This document shows, one piece after another, positions 1 through 11,785 of a DNA stretch of 56,883 bases; position 1 is the stretch's first letter, and the number at the start of each line of letters is the position of its first letter. The DNA is taken from assembly GCA_036172245.1 (NCBI GenBank), contig JAYWIR010000156.1:1-56883 (forward strand). The letters are read 5' to 3'. The translations under genes were made by a program, and so were the position numbers. This stretch comes from Raillietiella orientalis (taxonomy: Eukaryota). Under the pieces are notes generated by a model, which was given only the letters and a program-made list of their open reading frames with translations, was not told where the DNA came from and ran no database searches.

Positions 1-671
1 CATGCGTATTGGTTGTTTTCTGAGGGGCAGGAATTTGGCGAAGGGTTGTGTTGCCAACGTTTCCTTTGATATCGTTATAGTACATATTTCTGGCGTGAAG
101 AGGTTCTGAGGAAGTCAAGGACGTCCGGTTGCCATTGGCGTAGACAAAGTGAAGCCTTCGGGTTAGCTGCTGAGTCGTTTCTGTATACCCGGAAGCACTC
201 GTTGATAAAATTCATGTGTTTGAAGTAGGACTTGGTACGGTGTTCCAAGATCTACTTGTCAGGGTGTCCAAATCTGATGAGTTGGAGAATCTAAATGCAA
301 TAAATAAACAGTATGGTATGCAGGATTACCATTTTCTCGTAATTCTCCTCTGTTGGATTATCATCGAAGGCTCCGTGAGTCCAATGGTGCTCGTATTGCT
401 TCGAGCAGCATTGCAGGTTGGAGCTTGCTGATCCCTTGGCGCTCTCCAGAGGCTTCATGGAGTGAAAGGACGTCTCCGGAGTTGAGGAAGAGTTCTAGGT
501 TCTCAAGGATGCAGGCATCCTTGAATCTGGGGAGTTCCACGTTTCTCCCCTCTTCTCCGGCGAGTACGGCGAAGGAGCAGTGAATTGTGAACCATTTTCG
601 AGAAGTGCCGTGTGTTCGTGGATGCAGTTATTCAAAGTAACTCACCAGTGAGTGCAATAGGCATGAGGCAT
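1..671 (-). pseudogene. rep: Endogenous CRESS-DNA virus Rep (HUH endonuclease through SF3 helicase Walker A), decayed, runs off the window edge
   Basis: Manual minus-strand translation from ATG 671 gives motif I MPHAYCTHW*VTLNN, motif II GTPQIQGCLH (frameshifted), motif III LESAKGSASSNLQCCSKQYEHHWTHG, then LRQWQPDVLDFL and Walker A DIKGNVGNTT(F)AKFL. A GT-AG intron-like segment lies at 291-329. Stops and frameshifts throughout. Confidence 0.85.
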
Positions 672-728
672 CGTGGAGTAAGGCTGCGAAACAAGTAATG
701 GGCTGTGAGGTTTGCATACCTGCAAACT

Positions 729-765
729 GTGCAGTTTGGCAATCCTGGTATTACTCCGACTGCGC
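729..765 (+). other. Rolling-circle origin stem-loop with TGGTATTAC nonanucleotide
   Basis: GTGCAGTTTGG (729-739) pairs with CCGACTGCGC (756-765). The loop contains TGGTATTAC (746-754), one change from the canonical TAGTATTAC. It lies between a Rep 3' end and a Rep start codon. Confidence 0.75.
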
Positions 766-792
766 GTTGTCTGGGTTTCGTAGGAATTCCGC

Positions 793-1053
793 TATGGTAA
801 CGGCACAACGTCTGGAGTTTTCGCCGAGTGTGCGCACGTCGAGCACTCGCGGCGATCGGTGGTATTTTCATATTCGTCCATCGGAAAGGAGGTTTCCTTC
901 GGATGTAGACAGTTATGTCCAAGAAGTGCAAGCGGTCGCTTGGCACGTTTTGGTAGTCGGAGTCCCAGTTGCCCAATACGATGATGTGAAGTGTGTCGAA
1001 GTCATTGATGGATCCTTGTTATTTTCGATCGAAGATGCTCCCGTTGTTTAGGT
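793..1053 (-). pseudogene. rep: CRESS Rep C-terminal fragment (helicase motif C and Arg finger)
   Basis: LNNGSIFDRK*QGSINDFDTLHIIVLGNWDSDYQNVPSDRLHFLDI aligns by eye with LKNGILFDPTYQGSNEYYEAPHVIVFANREP at ~2850-2945 and with nanovirus/alphasatellite-type Rep C-termini. Confidence 0.75.
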
Positions 1054-1384
1054 GTCCTCTGAATGCACATTGGACCGCTGCATAGTTGCCACGTGTCATG
1101 TCGGTGAGTATATTCGTCCATCGTGAAGGCACTCTGCATGGACTTTCTTGCGGAATTGTAGTTCCATGGTTTGGCGCTTGATGAAGGAAATTGGAAAAGG
1201 TCTATTTGCGTCCGTTGCCTCCTTCGTCCTCCAGTGAAGAGTTTTCCGTTGTTTCGTGCCTTCAAGAAATGTATGTGCAATTCAAAGGAGCAGGAGATGG
1301 AATCCTTTAAGGAATAGCAATTCATTTGATTTCCAAAGGTTCCTTTCTACAATAGATGGTGGTAGTCTTGTTGGTTTGGTTGAG

Positions 1385-1750
1385 GAAGTGTACCATCGAT
1401 AAGCCGGAGCTCATTGCTCTGTAACCGAGATCCATTTTCGCCGACATAATGACGTGCGGAGACGGGTAGAGTTTGGTATTTTGTTGGGCAGGTGATTCGA
1501 TGCTTCATGGTGTCAAGGAGACCGTAGTTTATCATCCCCTGGGCATCGTTCGTGAGGTCGATTATGATGAGAGATGGTCCGCTATGCATATGAGCGCCAT
1601 CTTGTTTCTCGCAATTGTCTAGGTATACGGTGTTGCGCTTTAGGTAGATGTGTTCAGCCCACCCACGTTTCCCGGTGTTGACTTGGTAGCCTGCATACCA
1701 GCGTGTGTCTCTGTCGTTCGGCATTTCTTGCGTGTGTGCCGTTGCTGTGC
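1385..1750 (-). pseudogene. rep: CRESS Rep SF3 helicase fragment (divergent copy)
   Basis: Within ORF 1347..2036: PNDRDTRWYAGYQVNTGKRGWAEHIYL (Walker A remnant), SLIIIDL (Walker B), INYGLLDTMKHRITCPTKYQ, then frameshifted SPHVIMSAK (motif C). Confidence 0.75.
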
Positions 1751-1789
1751 CGTTCCATGTTTCATTGGATCTTCTATGGTCTTGAATTT

Positions 1790-2140
1790 TTCCAGTCCTC
1801 ACGTCGGAGGAAGAGAAACATGGCGAAGGTAGTTTTGCCTGCATTCCCTCTGGTGTTCTTGAGGGAAGAAATGCCTTTTGGATGCGGAGGTTTTCGTAAC
1901 ACGTCCACGATGCCCATTGACCGAGACGGAGCGATGCCATAGGGATCGTTGCTGTTTCGTTGCGGTGGACTCGGAAGCACTTCTTATGAAGTTGGTGTCC
2001 TTCGTTTAAAATTTGGTATGGTTTTCCAGAATGCATTTCTCGATATGCGCTGATCTGATAACTTGAAGTATCTGGATGTTTTGTGTTTGTACAGGATGAT
2101 TTGGTTTACCTTTTGTTTCTAGTCCTCTTTTGCTGAGTAA
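1790..2140 (-). pseudogene. rep: CRESS Rep central fragment (linker, intron, Walker A)
   Basis: AKED*KQK|ILQVIRSAHIEKCILENH...KCFRVHRN...LRLGQW...LRKPPHPKGISSLKNTRGNAGKTTFAMFL, homologous to the 1-671 copy. GT-AG segment at 2072-2109. Confidence 0.8.
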
Positions 2141-2829
2141 ATGGCGTCCTTGCCATTTTGTGTTTTTTTTTCCCGCGTTCAGGGCTGCCACGATTCCGAG
2201 GACGCACCAGGGAACTGTTAGGGACGTCGCCGGCTCCAGAGTTAAAGGCTCGAAAAGGCACTTCGAGATGTCTTTGGGGCCTCTCTCCGGGATTACCGGG
2301 ATCGTTTCGAGGCGATGCGAAATAGGTCGTAGGGTAAACCTGGGTTCCTTAACGTCGTCGACGAGTCCAGCCTTAATACCCAGCTCGCTCGTTCAGACGA
2401 GCGCCCTGCTATCAATGTCGAATGCAGGGCTGCCCACTTCCTGGGATAGGTCGACACGTTGTTCGCGTTGCGAGGATTGAGCATATTAGGGACCTTATCT
2501 TTGGACTCGAGAGCAGCAAGGACTTTGCATTCGTTGATGTCACCTTCCTCCGATGAAGATCTTCCTTAATCCCACTGGAGTGGGGTGAAGTTATTTCTCT
2601 TCACATTTACACTACATGTTTACTCGCTTTCTTACACAACAAAAAGGTCACTGTGAGGTCAGCTTCTTGGGGTTTCCCTGAGGTTATGCAAGTAGGGCAA
2701 TTGGGCGTTCCTTAAGCCTGGATCTTGACCACAATGCTCTGTAGGACGTATCGGTGTATCCTGACCGGCAATTCCGCAATTTCTAATGCTGATCTCCTTC
2801 GGGAGAAGACATTTCAAGATTTCCAATAA

Positions 2830-3165
2830 AAGTTTTTCGAAACTCTAGCTGGTTCCCTATTAGCGAAGACGATGACGTGTGGCGCTTCATAGTATTCGTT
2901 TGACCCTTGGTATGTAGGGTCGAAGAGAATTCCGTTTTTCAAGGATTCAATGAATGCGTACTCTACGAGTTGTGTCACGTCGCGGATGCATTCAACGACG
3001 ATGATGGGTTTGCCGTGGTAGAGAAGTGCTGAATCGGCCTTCTTGCAGCTTTGCATGTCTTCTGCAGAGGGAGAGGACGTTTGCAATGGTTGTATTCCCT
3101 GCATTTCCGTTGGTGTCCTGAATCCAGAATATGTTCCCTGGATGCGGAGGTTTTCGTAGCAGTTG
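2830..3165 (-). pseudogene. rep: CRESS Rep SF3 helicase fragment
   Basis: LRKPPHPGNIFWIQDTNGNAGNTTIANVL (ORF 2992..3174), then KKADSALLYHGKPIIVVECIRD...YAFIESLKNGILFDPTYQG...PHVIVFANREP (ORF 2814..3317). Confidence 0.85.
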
Positions 3166-3757
3166 TGAAGGCATTTTTCAGAAATCAAGTGATCACACAA
3201 AGGTGGTAAGACAGTGTGTGAAAGAATATGAGCACACATCTCACATGTGAGTCGAGGAAAAGATGGGGAAATTCTTGACAACGTCATGGCATCTTCACTT
3301 TTCCCAGCGGTGGACACTGGTTTGCTCTTTTCGTTTCCTATATCGTCTTCAACCCACCATGTGTTGCGTCGATGCTGACAAGGCGATGAGTGTATCGTCG
3401 CAGTGTTTTTAAGAGAAGAAAGTGGCTAGTAAAAAAATTGGCATGGTGCATAGGAAAACTTGGAATGTATGCATCACGCGTGGCAAAGGACCCAGATGAA
3501 GAAGAAGTAAATTCTTGAGGATGTATGCGTATTATGAGTCGCAGGGGAATCTGCTACACATTTTTGAGGTGTGCAATCTGCCAGATACGTGTCGTTATTT
3601 TCGATATGTGGAAACGGTGGGCGTACGTTGGAAGCTGGAATCGTTGACGTTGGGAATGTCTGGATCGACCATGGGTGAACACTTTGGTTTGAAGATATCG
3701 CACAGTAACTAAGTGTCGATGGATCCTGCGAATGCACCTGAAAGTGACGTTTTCTTC

Positions 3758-3963
3758 TCGGCGCGCTGCCGGGCGCTCTGGCCCCGGGGCGTTTCTGCCG
3801 GCATGCAGAGATCGACTTGGAAGTGGCACGGGAAAAGGGAATCCGTCTGTCTAATTAAGACAAAGCATCGCGATGGCCGTTGAAGCCACGTGAAGTCTGC
3901 CCAGTGCTCTGAATGTCAAAGTGAAGAGATTCAACCAACCGCGAGAAAACGGCGGGAGTAACT
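3758..3963 (+). rRNA. Degenerate 28S rRNA gene fragment ending just upstream of the R2 site
   Basis: GGGAATCCGTCTGTCTAATTAAGACAAAGCATCGCGATGG...CTGCCCAGTGCTCTGAATGTCAAAGTGAAGAGATTCAACCAA...AAACGGCGGGAGTAACT matches conserved LSU sequence, with substitutions and a deletion. Left edge approximate. Confidence 0.92.
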
Positions 3964-6900
3964 TTTTTTATTTCCATATGTCTAAAACTGGATAGGAGGC
4001 CCTAGGAGGGAAAGCGCACCAGGGATCAGCGTGTTGCGCTGATCTGGAATGTGTTTCGAAGGTTCACGAGTAGATGAATTGCTAGCAATCCGGAACCGAG
4101 GACACAATTCTTGGGGAAAAGTCGCATTTCTTTTGTGCGCATTCGGACCGATTACACTGTGCATGGGATTGGAGGACTTTTGAAAGTTCCGAGGGACTGA
4201 GTTCCTATATATTATGGATATGAGCACACGTTTCCTGGACGTGAAGTAGCCTTCATTTGTGGACAACCAGATCTTTTCATGTTCTCAAAGTCGAATCGGG
4301 ATCGGATGATCACTCGCAGTTGGATCAATTCCCTGAACGCGGCACTGCTCCAGGACACTTGTGGCACGGATGTCTCCCGCCAGGCGTAACGGGATGATGG
4401 TTTGGAGGTTACGTGAACAGAGTAAATGTTTGTGGCTGCTCGGATGACTGAGCACACGATTATCAAACAAATTGCCTTTCTTGGTGTGCATTCAGACCGA
4501 GGCAGCTGAAAACAGCGTTCGGATGCATAGCGATGCGACAGGGATCGTGTCCACTTGATCCTGGAATCCTTGATTCTGATAATCCCTGCCAGCGCCTGCA
4601 TATTTGTCGATCTTCTGGATCCTTGCGGTGTCCATTGATTCCTTCCGATTTTCGAATGGGATCGTAACGTCGAGAATGAGCATAGGTTGACCGTGCCAGG
4701 CAACGAAGTGTGGACGTATCGAACTGTTTCTAGATGGATCTGAGCGGTTAACTGGAATATTGCTCCCTTTGCGTCAGGCAAACCCCTCTAGAACGTTCAG
4801 GACTTTTTTGTGGCTTATCGGAATTGCAGCCCCAAAGTCCCTGGTGCAATGGCACAGCACGTGAACAAGCCTTTCCTTGGTATATAGGCAGTGACGACAC
4901 GCCTCGTGGAACCCCGGCCCCTTCCCGTTTTCATTTAGAAATAATTCATTGTGGCGGGCACGATGTATAAACAGCCAATGGCACGAACGATTAAGGTCTG
5001 GTCGTTCCATGAAGGACATGGATGGTGGATGAAGGGCAACGCAGTCTGTGATGCGTCCCTGATGTGGTTTGCCTCTAAGAGTATCGCTTCTGTTGAGTCT
5101 TTTGGGACCGCGAATTGATCGATCGACAATCTTTTGATCGGTTTCGCGAATTGTCTCGTCGTTACTTCATTGGAGATTTGACCAGCTCTGAGAGACCATT
5201 TTAGGTCAAGCCTTTTTGGGGCTTCCCGAGCACTGGTGCAGTAGTCGGCTGATGGAGAGCAGGGTTGTCGTTACCACGGTTATATCCTTCTATCAAGGTG
5301 TCGGTTGGTTGTTTACGCACTTTTCTGCGCACATTCCCTTCCAATGAGGCCCACGCCATTTCTTTAATGCTTGGAATAGCAAATGAAAGGATTTTGAGTG
5401 CAAAGTCTGCTGCCATTATGTTGTCTTCCTCTACAAATATCACAAAACCTAAACTACCTTTTGCTGAAGACACATGAGGTTATTCCGTGGATGATGCTTA
5501 AGTGAGCGGGAGAATTTCTTCCCTGAGGGCTTTCTTGATGGTTTCTTTCAGCCCAATCGAATAACTTCTGGGTTTTGACCCCATGCGCATGGCGTGGACG
5601 AACGATGGAAAGATGAACGTTTCGAGGTCATCAATTTTTAGCCATGGGTCGGAATGCTCCTCCAATGTTTTTCTCATGAGAGACTGGAAATTCGATTGCA
5701 GATCCTCGCTATGCATGGCATCAAACCCTATTGACCTTCCCAAGTGACTGTGGGTGCCAATTTCCGTGAGGGCAGGGAAGAGCTCAGCTGCCACTCGGAA
5801 TCGTCGGGTTCGTACCGTTCTTGGAGCACGTGGGTCGTATTCAAATGATGCCCACTTTTTAATTTTTATCGGTAATCCAAGTCTGCGGCAACTGCGCTAC
5901 GGCAATCGAGCGCGTTCTGGAGAATTTTTGCATCCTTGGTAAGGACCACTAAATCGTCAGCGTAGGCCAATTTGATTGCTTTTGGTATTTGGTAGTCTAT
6001 GGAAACACATAAAGGCTCCATAGTAATACTGAAGAGTAGCCCTGAGAGTGGGCACCCCTGTTTAACTCCCTTTGCAAGGGGTATGAATGATGGAAGACCT
6101 TTAGGGGTAACAATCTGCGTAGCATTTTCCGAGTACATGTGACAGATGAGCTCCGTGAAAGTGTCACCGGAGTTCGCACTGTAAAGTGTCCTTAGCTGCT
6201 GGGAATGAGGTACGGTGGCAAACGCATCTTTCAAATCAATCCATGCTATACTCAGTGCTTGGTGATGTCGCTTGCAATACTCCATTTGATGTCTGAGCAT
6301 GGTGTTATGCTTCAGTACTCCATCAAATGGTGAGAAGCGCTTTTGATGCGGGCCGAGGATGTTATTGGGTGTGATCGGAACTCGCAGGCTTCTGGCCAAG
6401 CACTTGGCAAAAATTTTGGCGATCGTCCTGCCGATAGCTATAGGGCGGAACTGCGAGGAGTCTTCTTCTTGCTCAGTTGATTTCTTGGGAATGTAAATTG
6501 TCGTGTACCCTTTCCACTCCTGTGGTGTACGGCGATGTGCTAAGCATATGTTTTATAGTGGTTAAGGGAATCGGCATTTAGGGTCCAACTTTTGAAGCGC
6601 GGAATAGGGGATACCGTCCGCTCCAGGGGCAGTGTCCTCGCACGATCGCAGGCATTCCATGCTTTCGCGGCTATCGAAGGTGGTCACATCCACCTGCATT
6701 TGGACAGATTCGTCGTCGGGATCCCATGATATTGGGTGAAAGTTTGAGCTCGCCATGAAAAGTGCAGTGAAGTGCTGCTCTGTTGCTTCCGGACTTGCAT
6801 TACACTTTACCGGATTGCCGTCAAGGATCAGTCTTATAGCTGGACGGCGGTTTCCATTGGAAAGTCTTTGCATAGATCTCACAGTCTTCCTTGAGTGCCG

Positions 6901-8135
6901 ATCGTTATTGGCGGCAAATCAAACCAGCGTAGCTTCAGAGTGCTTCTAATGAGGTCATCAGCTATGTTTAGCCCCATCATCGCCAGGCCCCAGCGTTGCT
7001 TCGAGTTTTTTCGAGATTTCCCAGTTTCCGAGTTGATTCTGCAAGCGGCTCGGCAATATTCATCGTAGGTCTCCTCTCAGCTCTCGGGTATGGTGTTTCA
7101 GCGCACGTGCGTCTCACCGGGGAGATTTTCTCTCTATCGGCAGAGTTTAGCTGCTCCTCAGCCATGAGAACATCATAGCGAGAGCTGAGAGCGAGGAAGG
7201 TGCTCATTTCAGGTAGGCTGTTTCGTTGAGATATCCTTTGGCGTAAGTCGCACGCATCGATATTTCGGTGACGTCGCAGAGAGACCGTTCGCCATTGGTT
7301 GTCGTGTTCGGGCGCCCTTGTCGGAGTGGTTTGAACGGGAGCCAGATTAAGGGTTCGCGAGTGGGAATGGGTGGGGTGTGGTTAAAAGCTTGCCTGCTGA
7401 CCTCGCAGGCCAAGCATGTAGTTTCTTTCGGCAGGTCTGGTTATGGTTTCGTGCCATCGAGCGTGATAAGCGGAGGCTTTTTGATCATGGAAGCGTTGGC
7501 CACAATTCTGTTCCTGGCCCAGTAGGGGTGCTGACACTGCGACAGGTATTCCTTTCGGTTCGCATCGATGTCCCCAAACCGGAATTTGCACCCGCGCGTT
7601 CCATCTTTTACACTCCAGCAGGGAGTCGCGTTGCGGAATCCAATGCGAGGTTCAGATATGTCGCCGCAAGGACCCACGCATGCTCTTCACCTGCTGAGTT
7701 GAGGTGCTCCATCTGCATCTGGGCAGCCTGCAGACCAAACAATTCGTCGTTGTCAGGTGCACTACCATGATAGCTGGTATTTCATCAGGTAACGGTTGTC
7801 CATGATCCTCTGCCGTCCTGTTTCCCTCGTTGTCAATGATGTCGGGTAAGGGCGTCACATTTCTCGGCACCGATGGTGCCACTTTGCAAGTGCTCGACCG
7901 TTTTCTGCGTGCAAGCGGACAGTCTAAACTAAAGTGATTACTTACTGAGTTAACAAATTGTAGACCTTTCCTATCCGTGGCGGCTGCTGCTTCTGCGGGT
8001 CGTAGGGTTTTCTGGGGTAAACACTTCTGTTTCTTCCGCCTTCCCTCCACCGATCGCACATATGCTAGGTGTACAGGGGGGAGAATGTGGCACTCCCACC
8101 GTTACTGTTTCTTCCGGGGAAAGCTGCTCGAGCGA
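3964..8135 (-). mobile_element. Utopia/NeSL-like RLE non-LTR retrotransposon, copy U1 (most complete, decayed)
   Basis: 3' end AATAAAAAAA abuts 28S. RLE LILDVTIPFENRKE..QKIDKY; CCHC CRHCLYTKERLVHVLCHC; RT WIDLKDAFATVPH, GVKQGCPLSGLLF, LAYADDL (ORF 5866..6399); domain 0 APGADGIPY; C2H2 zinc-finger remnants at 7440-7790. Many frameshifts. Confidence 0.9.
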
Positions 8136-8173
8136 ATTCATTTTTTTTTTTTTTTTTACATGGCGGGAATTAC

Positions 8174-11100
8174 TTTATTGTAACCAAGTTTACATGAATA
8201 TGTTCGAGTACAATATTCAAGTACACTGGAGGAGAGTGCACGAGGGATCAGCGCGTGGCGATCATCCGACAAGTAGTAATTATCGTCCGGTCAGACGATT
8301 CATGAGCGTAAGCTGACCTTTTATTTCGAGTGTGACTTCGGGGTTCAATGTTGGCACATTAGAGGCAGGCGAAGGAATCGTCTATGTTTAAAGCAGATGG
8401 CACTTAAATTCCGGTCTCACGAATTATGGGCCAAAAAGCCGCCTTTATTTTCGTTTGTCTTCAGAAGTCGCAAATATAAAGTTTTGCGAATAGATTGCAT
8501 TGCACATGAGTGTTTGAAATTAAAACGATAACTGGTCGCATGAGTTCTGTAGAAGAATTGGCTTCGAATTTACAGTTGGATCAAGTCTTGGCAAGCAGCT
8601 CGGCACCAAGGGGTGATCGGGACTGCTAGTGCACCATTGGGATTGATTGATGGTTTGACAGAAAGATGACTGGCATAAATGTTCCTGGCTGCACGATTGA
8701 CCGAGCACAGGAGTTTAGGAAGTAGTGCCTTTATTTCTCGGGCATTTACGCCTAAGCGACTCAAGACGGAATCATTTTTCGGGAACCAGCTGCCCAAGGA
8801 TCCGATGACAATTGCTTCTGTCTTACTTGGTAGCCCTGGTTCCGGTATTTGCCCTGTATTTCGACGTAGTTGTCGCTCTTCTGTTTTTTTGCCTCATCCA
8901 TGGACTCTTTGCGATTCTCGAAGGAAATCATTACGTCCACGATGAGCAGGCGCTGTCCATCCGAGGCGACGTCGTCCGGTCGGAGATTGCTGTTGATGGA
9001 AGGGTCCGACCGGTCAACCGTAAAGTGGCTCCATTTTGGGACGGCAGAACGCTCTATCATTTATAGTATTGCATCATGTTTCGCAGGGATTTGGGATCCT
9101 ACATGCTTTGTACAATGGCACAACACGTAGGCGAGTGTTTCCTTCAGTAAAGCGCAGTGCCGGCAAGCTTCATGGAATCCTGGTCGCTTGCTGTTTCCAT
9201 TTATGAACATTTGGCTCAGGCGAGCTTGATGAATGAATTTGCAGTCACAGTGACTGTTTAGATATGGTCTTCTCATGAAGGCCATGGACGCTGAGTGGAG
9301 GGCGACGCAGTCTATGGTGCTTCCCTGATCTGGTTTGGCTCTAAAAGTATCGCTTATCTTGAGTCTATTCAGACCGCGAATTGATGGAGCGACGATCCTT
9401 CGATCGGTTTCTCGTAATATCTTGTTCTTTACGTCAATGGAGATTTGGCCTGCTGTAACGGACCATTTCAGGTGCAGCCTTTTTGAGGCTTCTCGAGCTC
9501 TCGACCAATAGCCGTCTGGATCTCGCGACGGTTGATGGAAAGGAGGGTCCATGTTTCCGTGGATGCATGCTGCTATGAGAGTATCAGTTGGTTGCTTTCG
9601 CACTTTTGTGCGAAAAGTTTCCTTCAGTGAAGCCCAAGCCATTTCTCTCATGATCGGATCGGGGCATGAGAGAATTTTGAGTGCAGAGTCTACTGCCATT
9701 GTGTCGGCTTCCTCTGCTAGTATCACGAGAACTAAACTACTTTTTGCCAAAAACCCTTAAAGGAAGTCCGTGGAGGATGCTTGAGTAAGAGGAAAAATTT
9801 CTTCCTTCAGGGCTTTCTTGATGGTTTCCTCCAGCCCACTCGAATGACTTCTGGGTTTTGACCCCATGCGCATGGCGTGGACGAACGATGGAATGATGAA
9901 CGTTTTGAGGGCATCAATTTTTAGCTATGGGTCCGAATGCTCCTCCAATGTTTTTCTCATGAGAGACTGGATATTTAATTGCTGATCCTCGCTTTGCATG
10001 GCATCGAACCCTATTGACCTTCCCAAGTAACTGTGAGTGCCAATTTCCGTGAGGGCAGGGAAGAGCTCAGCTGCCATTCGGAATCGTTGGCTTCGGACCG
10101 TTCTTGGAGCACGTGGGTCGTATTGAAATGATGCCCACTTTTTGAATTTTATCGATAATCCAAGTCTACATACTCAGTGCTTGATGATATCGCTTTTAGT
10201 ACTTCATCTGGTATCTGAGCAGAAAATTATGCTCTGAAACTCCATCATACGGTTAAAAGCCCTTCTGATGCGAGCAGAGGTTACGCTTGCAGGTGATTCA
10301 GTCTTGTAGTCTTCTTGCCAAACCTTTTGCAAAGATCTTCGCGTACGTCTTGCTCATTGCTATCGGGCGGTACTGCAAGAGGTCTTTCATGTGTTCAGTT
10401 GTAGGTTTAGGAATGAGTATCGTCGTAGACACCTTCCACTCTATAGGAATGCGCCGCTGTGCTAAGCAAATGTTAAAATTAGATTTAAGGAATCGCCCTC
10501 CTTGAAGTAGGCCGACAGTTCGGCGGCCACGTCAAGAGACGCCGACGCAGCAACCTTCTTCCAAGCCCTCGCCGGAACGTCGGGGGCCGATTTGCTGATG
10601 GGGCATGAACCCACATCCACGGGATGGGAGACGAGGGTCTCTCGTCTTCGGTCGCAGGTTTTCCGGCTTCTTCCGGCATTTCTGCCGTCCAACGGCCGCC
10701 TTCCTACACACACTCAACTACTAGTTGGCTTCACTTGAAGGAGCTCGCGAAAAACGCGTGCGACCACCAGGCCGCCCTAATGAAGTGTCGGTTTAGAATG
10801 TGGCACAACCACTTCTAAGGTTACTTCAGGGGAGGGTTGATCGAAAAAATCCAACTCAATTTGCGTCGGAGACGCCACTGTGAGGGTCGAGTGGCTAGAA
10901 TTGCACGGGGAATGAGTTTCCGCGTGTATCGTCACAGGGAAGCTCACAGGTGGCAGGGGACGCAAAAGCTCCTCGAGTTCCATGCTCATTCTGCGATAGA
11001 GGAACCCCTGATTTTCTGGTAGCAATGGCACAGGTGGTTCATTCACGGTGGTCGGACTAAGGTGTACTGACGTGGGGGATAACACTGCTATCGTGCTCTT

Positions 11101-11785
11101 CGATTTCTTCGTCTAGCAGGGATTCAGTCAATGTCGAACTTCCTCCTGGTGGTGAAGCACTAGCACAGCTACGATTGAGGTCTACCTTAATGTTTCTGAC
11201 GCGGTTACTCACATCCGCGGCCGCAGTGGCAAAAACACATTTGACTAACGGCCACGGAACTGAAGCGTCAGTGACATGGGTCTGCCACAGTTCTCTTTCG
11301 GTTGAAATGAATCTTAGTGACGGTGGCATCGTTTAGCCACTTCAATATTACACATGCTTTAACTCGGTGGGAAAAGTACAGTACATAGTGGTTAATACCA
11401 TATCTGTTTCTGGGGAGTTTAGGGATTACCGGTTCGGGTCGTAATGCCTCCTTGCCACGTGGATGCGAATGGTTTATCGTACACATTAGCCATTAATTAC
11501 AGGTGGTTAATTCGACTACGGCGGCTTTGATTCCTCAACCAGGCCTCCAAGCAGGCGCTTTGCTTGTAGATTTGAGGTGCTCCATCTGCATCTGAATAAC
11601 GGGCAAATCAAACAACTCACCGTAGGCACTTACACTATTAGGATGTCCTCTTGGGTAAGGAGAGCTGATATTTCATCAGGAAGCGGTTGTCCATGATCCT
11701 CTGGCTTCCTGTTTCCCTCGATGTCTATCATGTTGGGTGGCGGCTTTACATTTCATGGCACCGATGGTGCCACTTTGCAAGTTCG
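8174..11785 (-). mobile_element. Utopia/NeSL-like element copy U2 (RT core deleted) plus rearranged N-terminal scraps
   Basis: RLE LRPDDVASDGQRLLIVDVMISFENRKE and GSWFPKND; KPDQG, FIHQARL and CRHCALLKETLAYVLCHC (ORF 9061..9750). The RT jumps at ~10165, omitting the QG and YADD motifs. The 3' end TTTATTGTAACC follows a 28S target remnant. Confidence 0.88.

Noticed and set aside
632..976. Penelope-type RT suggested by HFLDITV
   Set aside because: The preceding HIIVLGN...SDRL fits the CRESS Rep motif C and Arg finger instead.
8141..8157. Poly(A) tail of an element (T17 run)
   Set aside because: It lies outside the 28S target remnant, and the U2-copy 3' end is at 8174; origin unclear.
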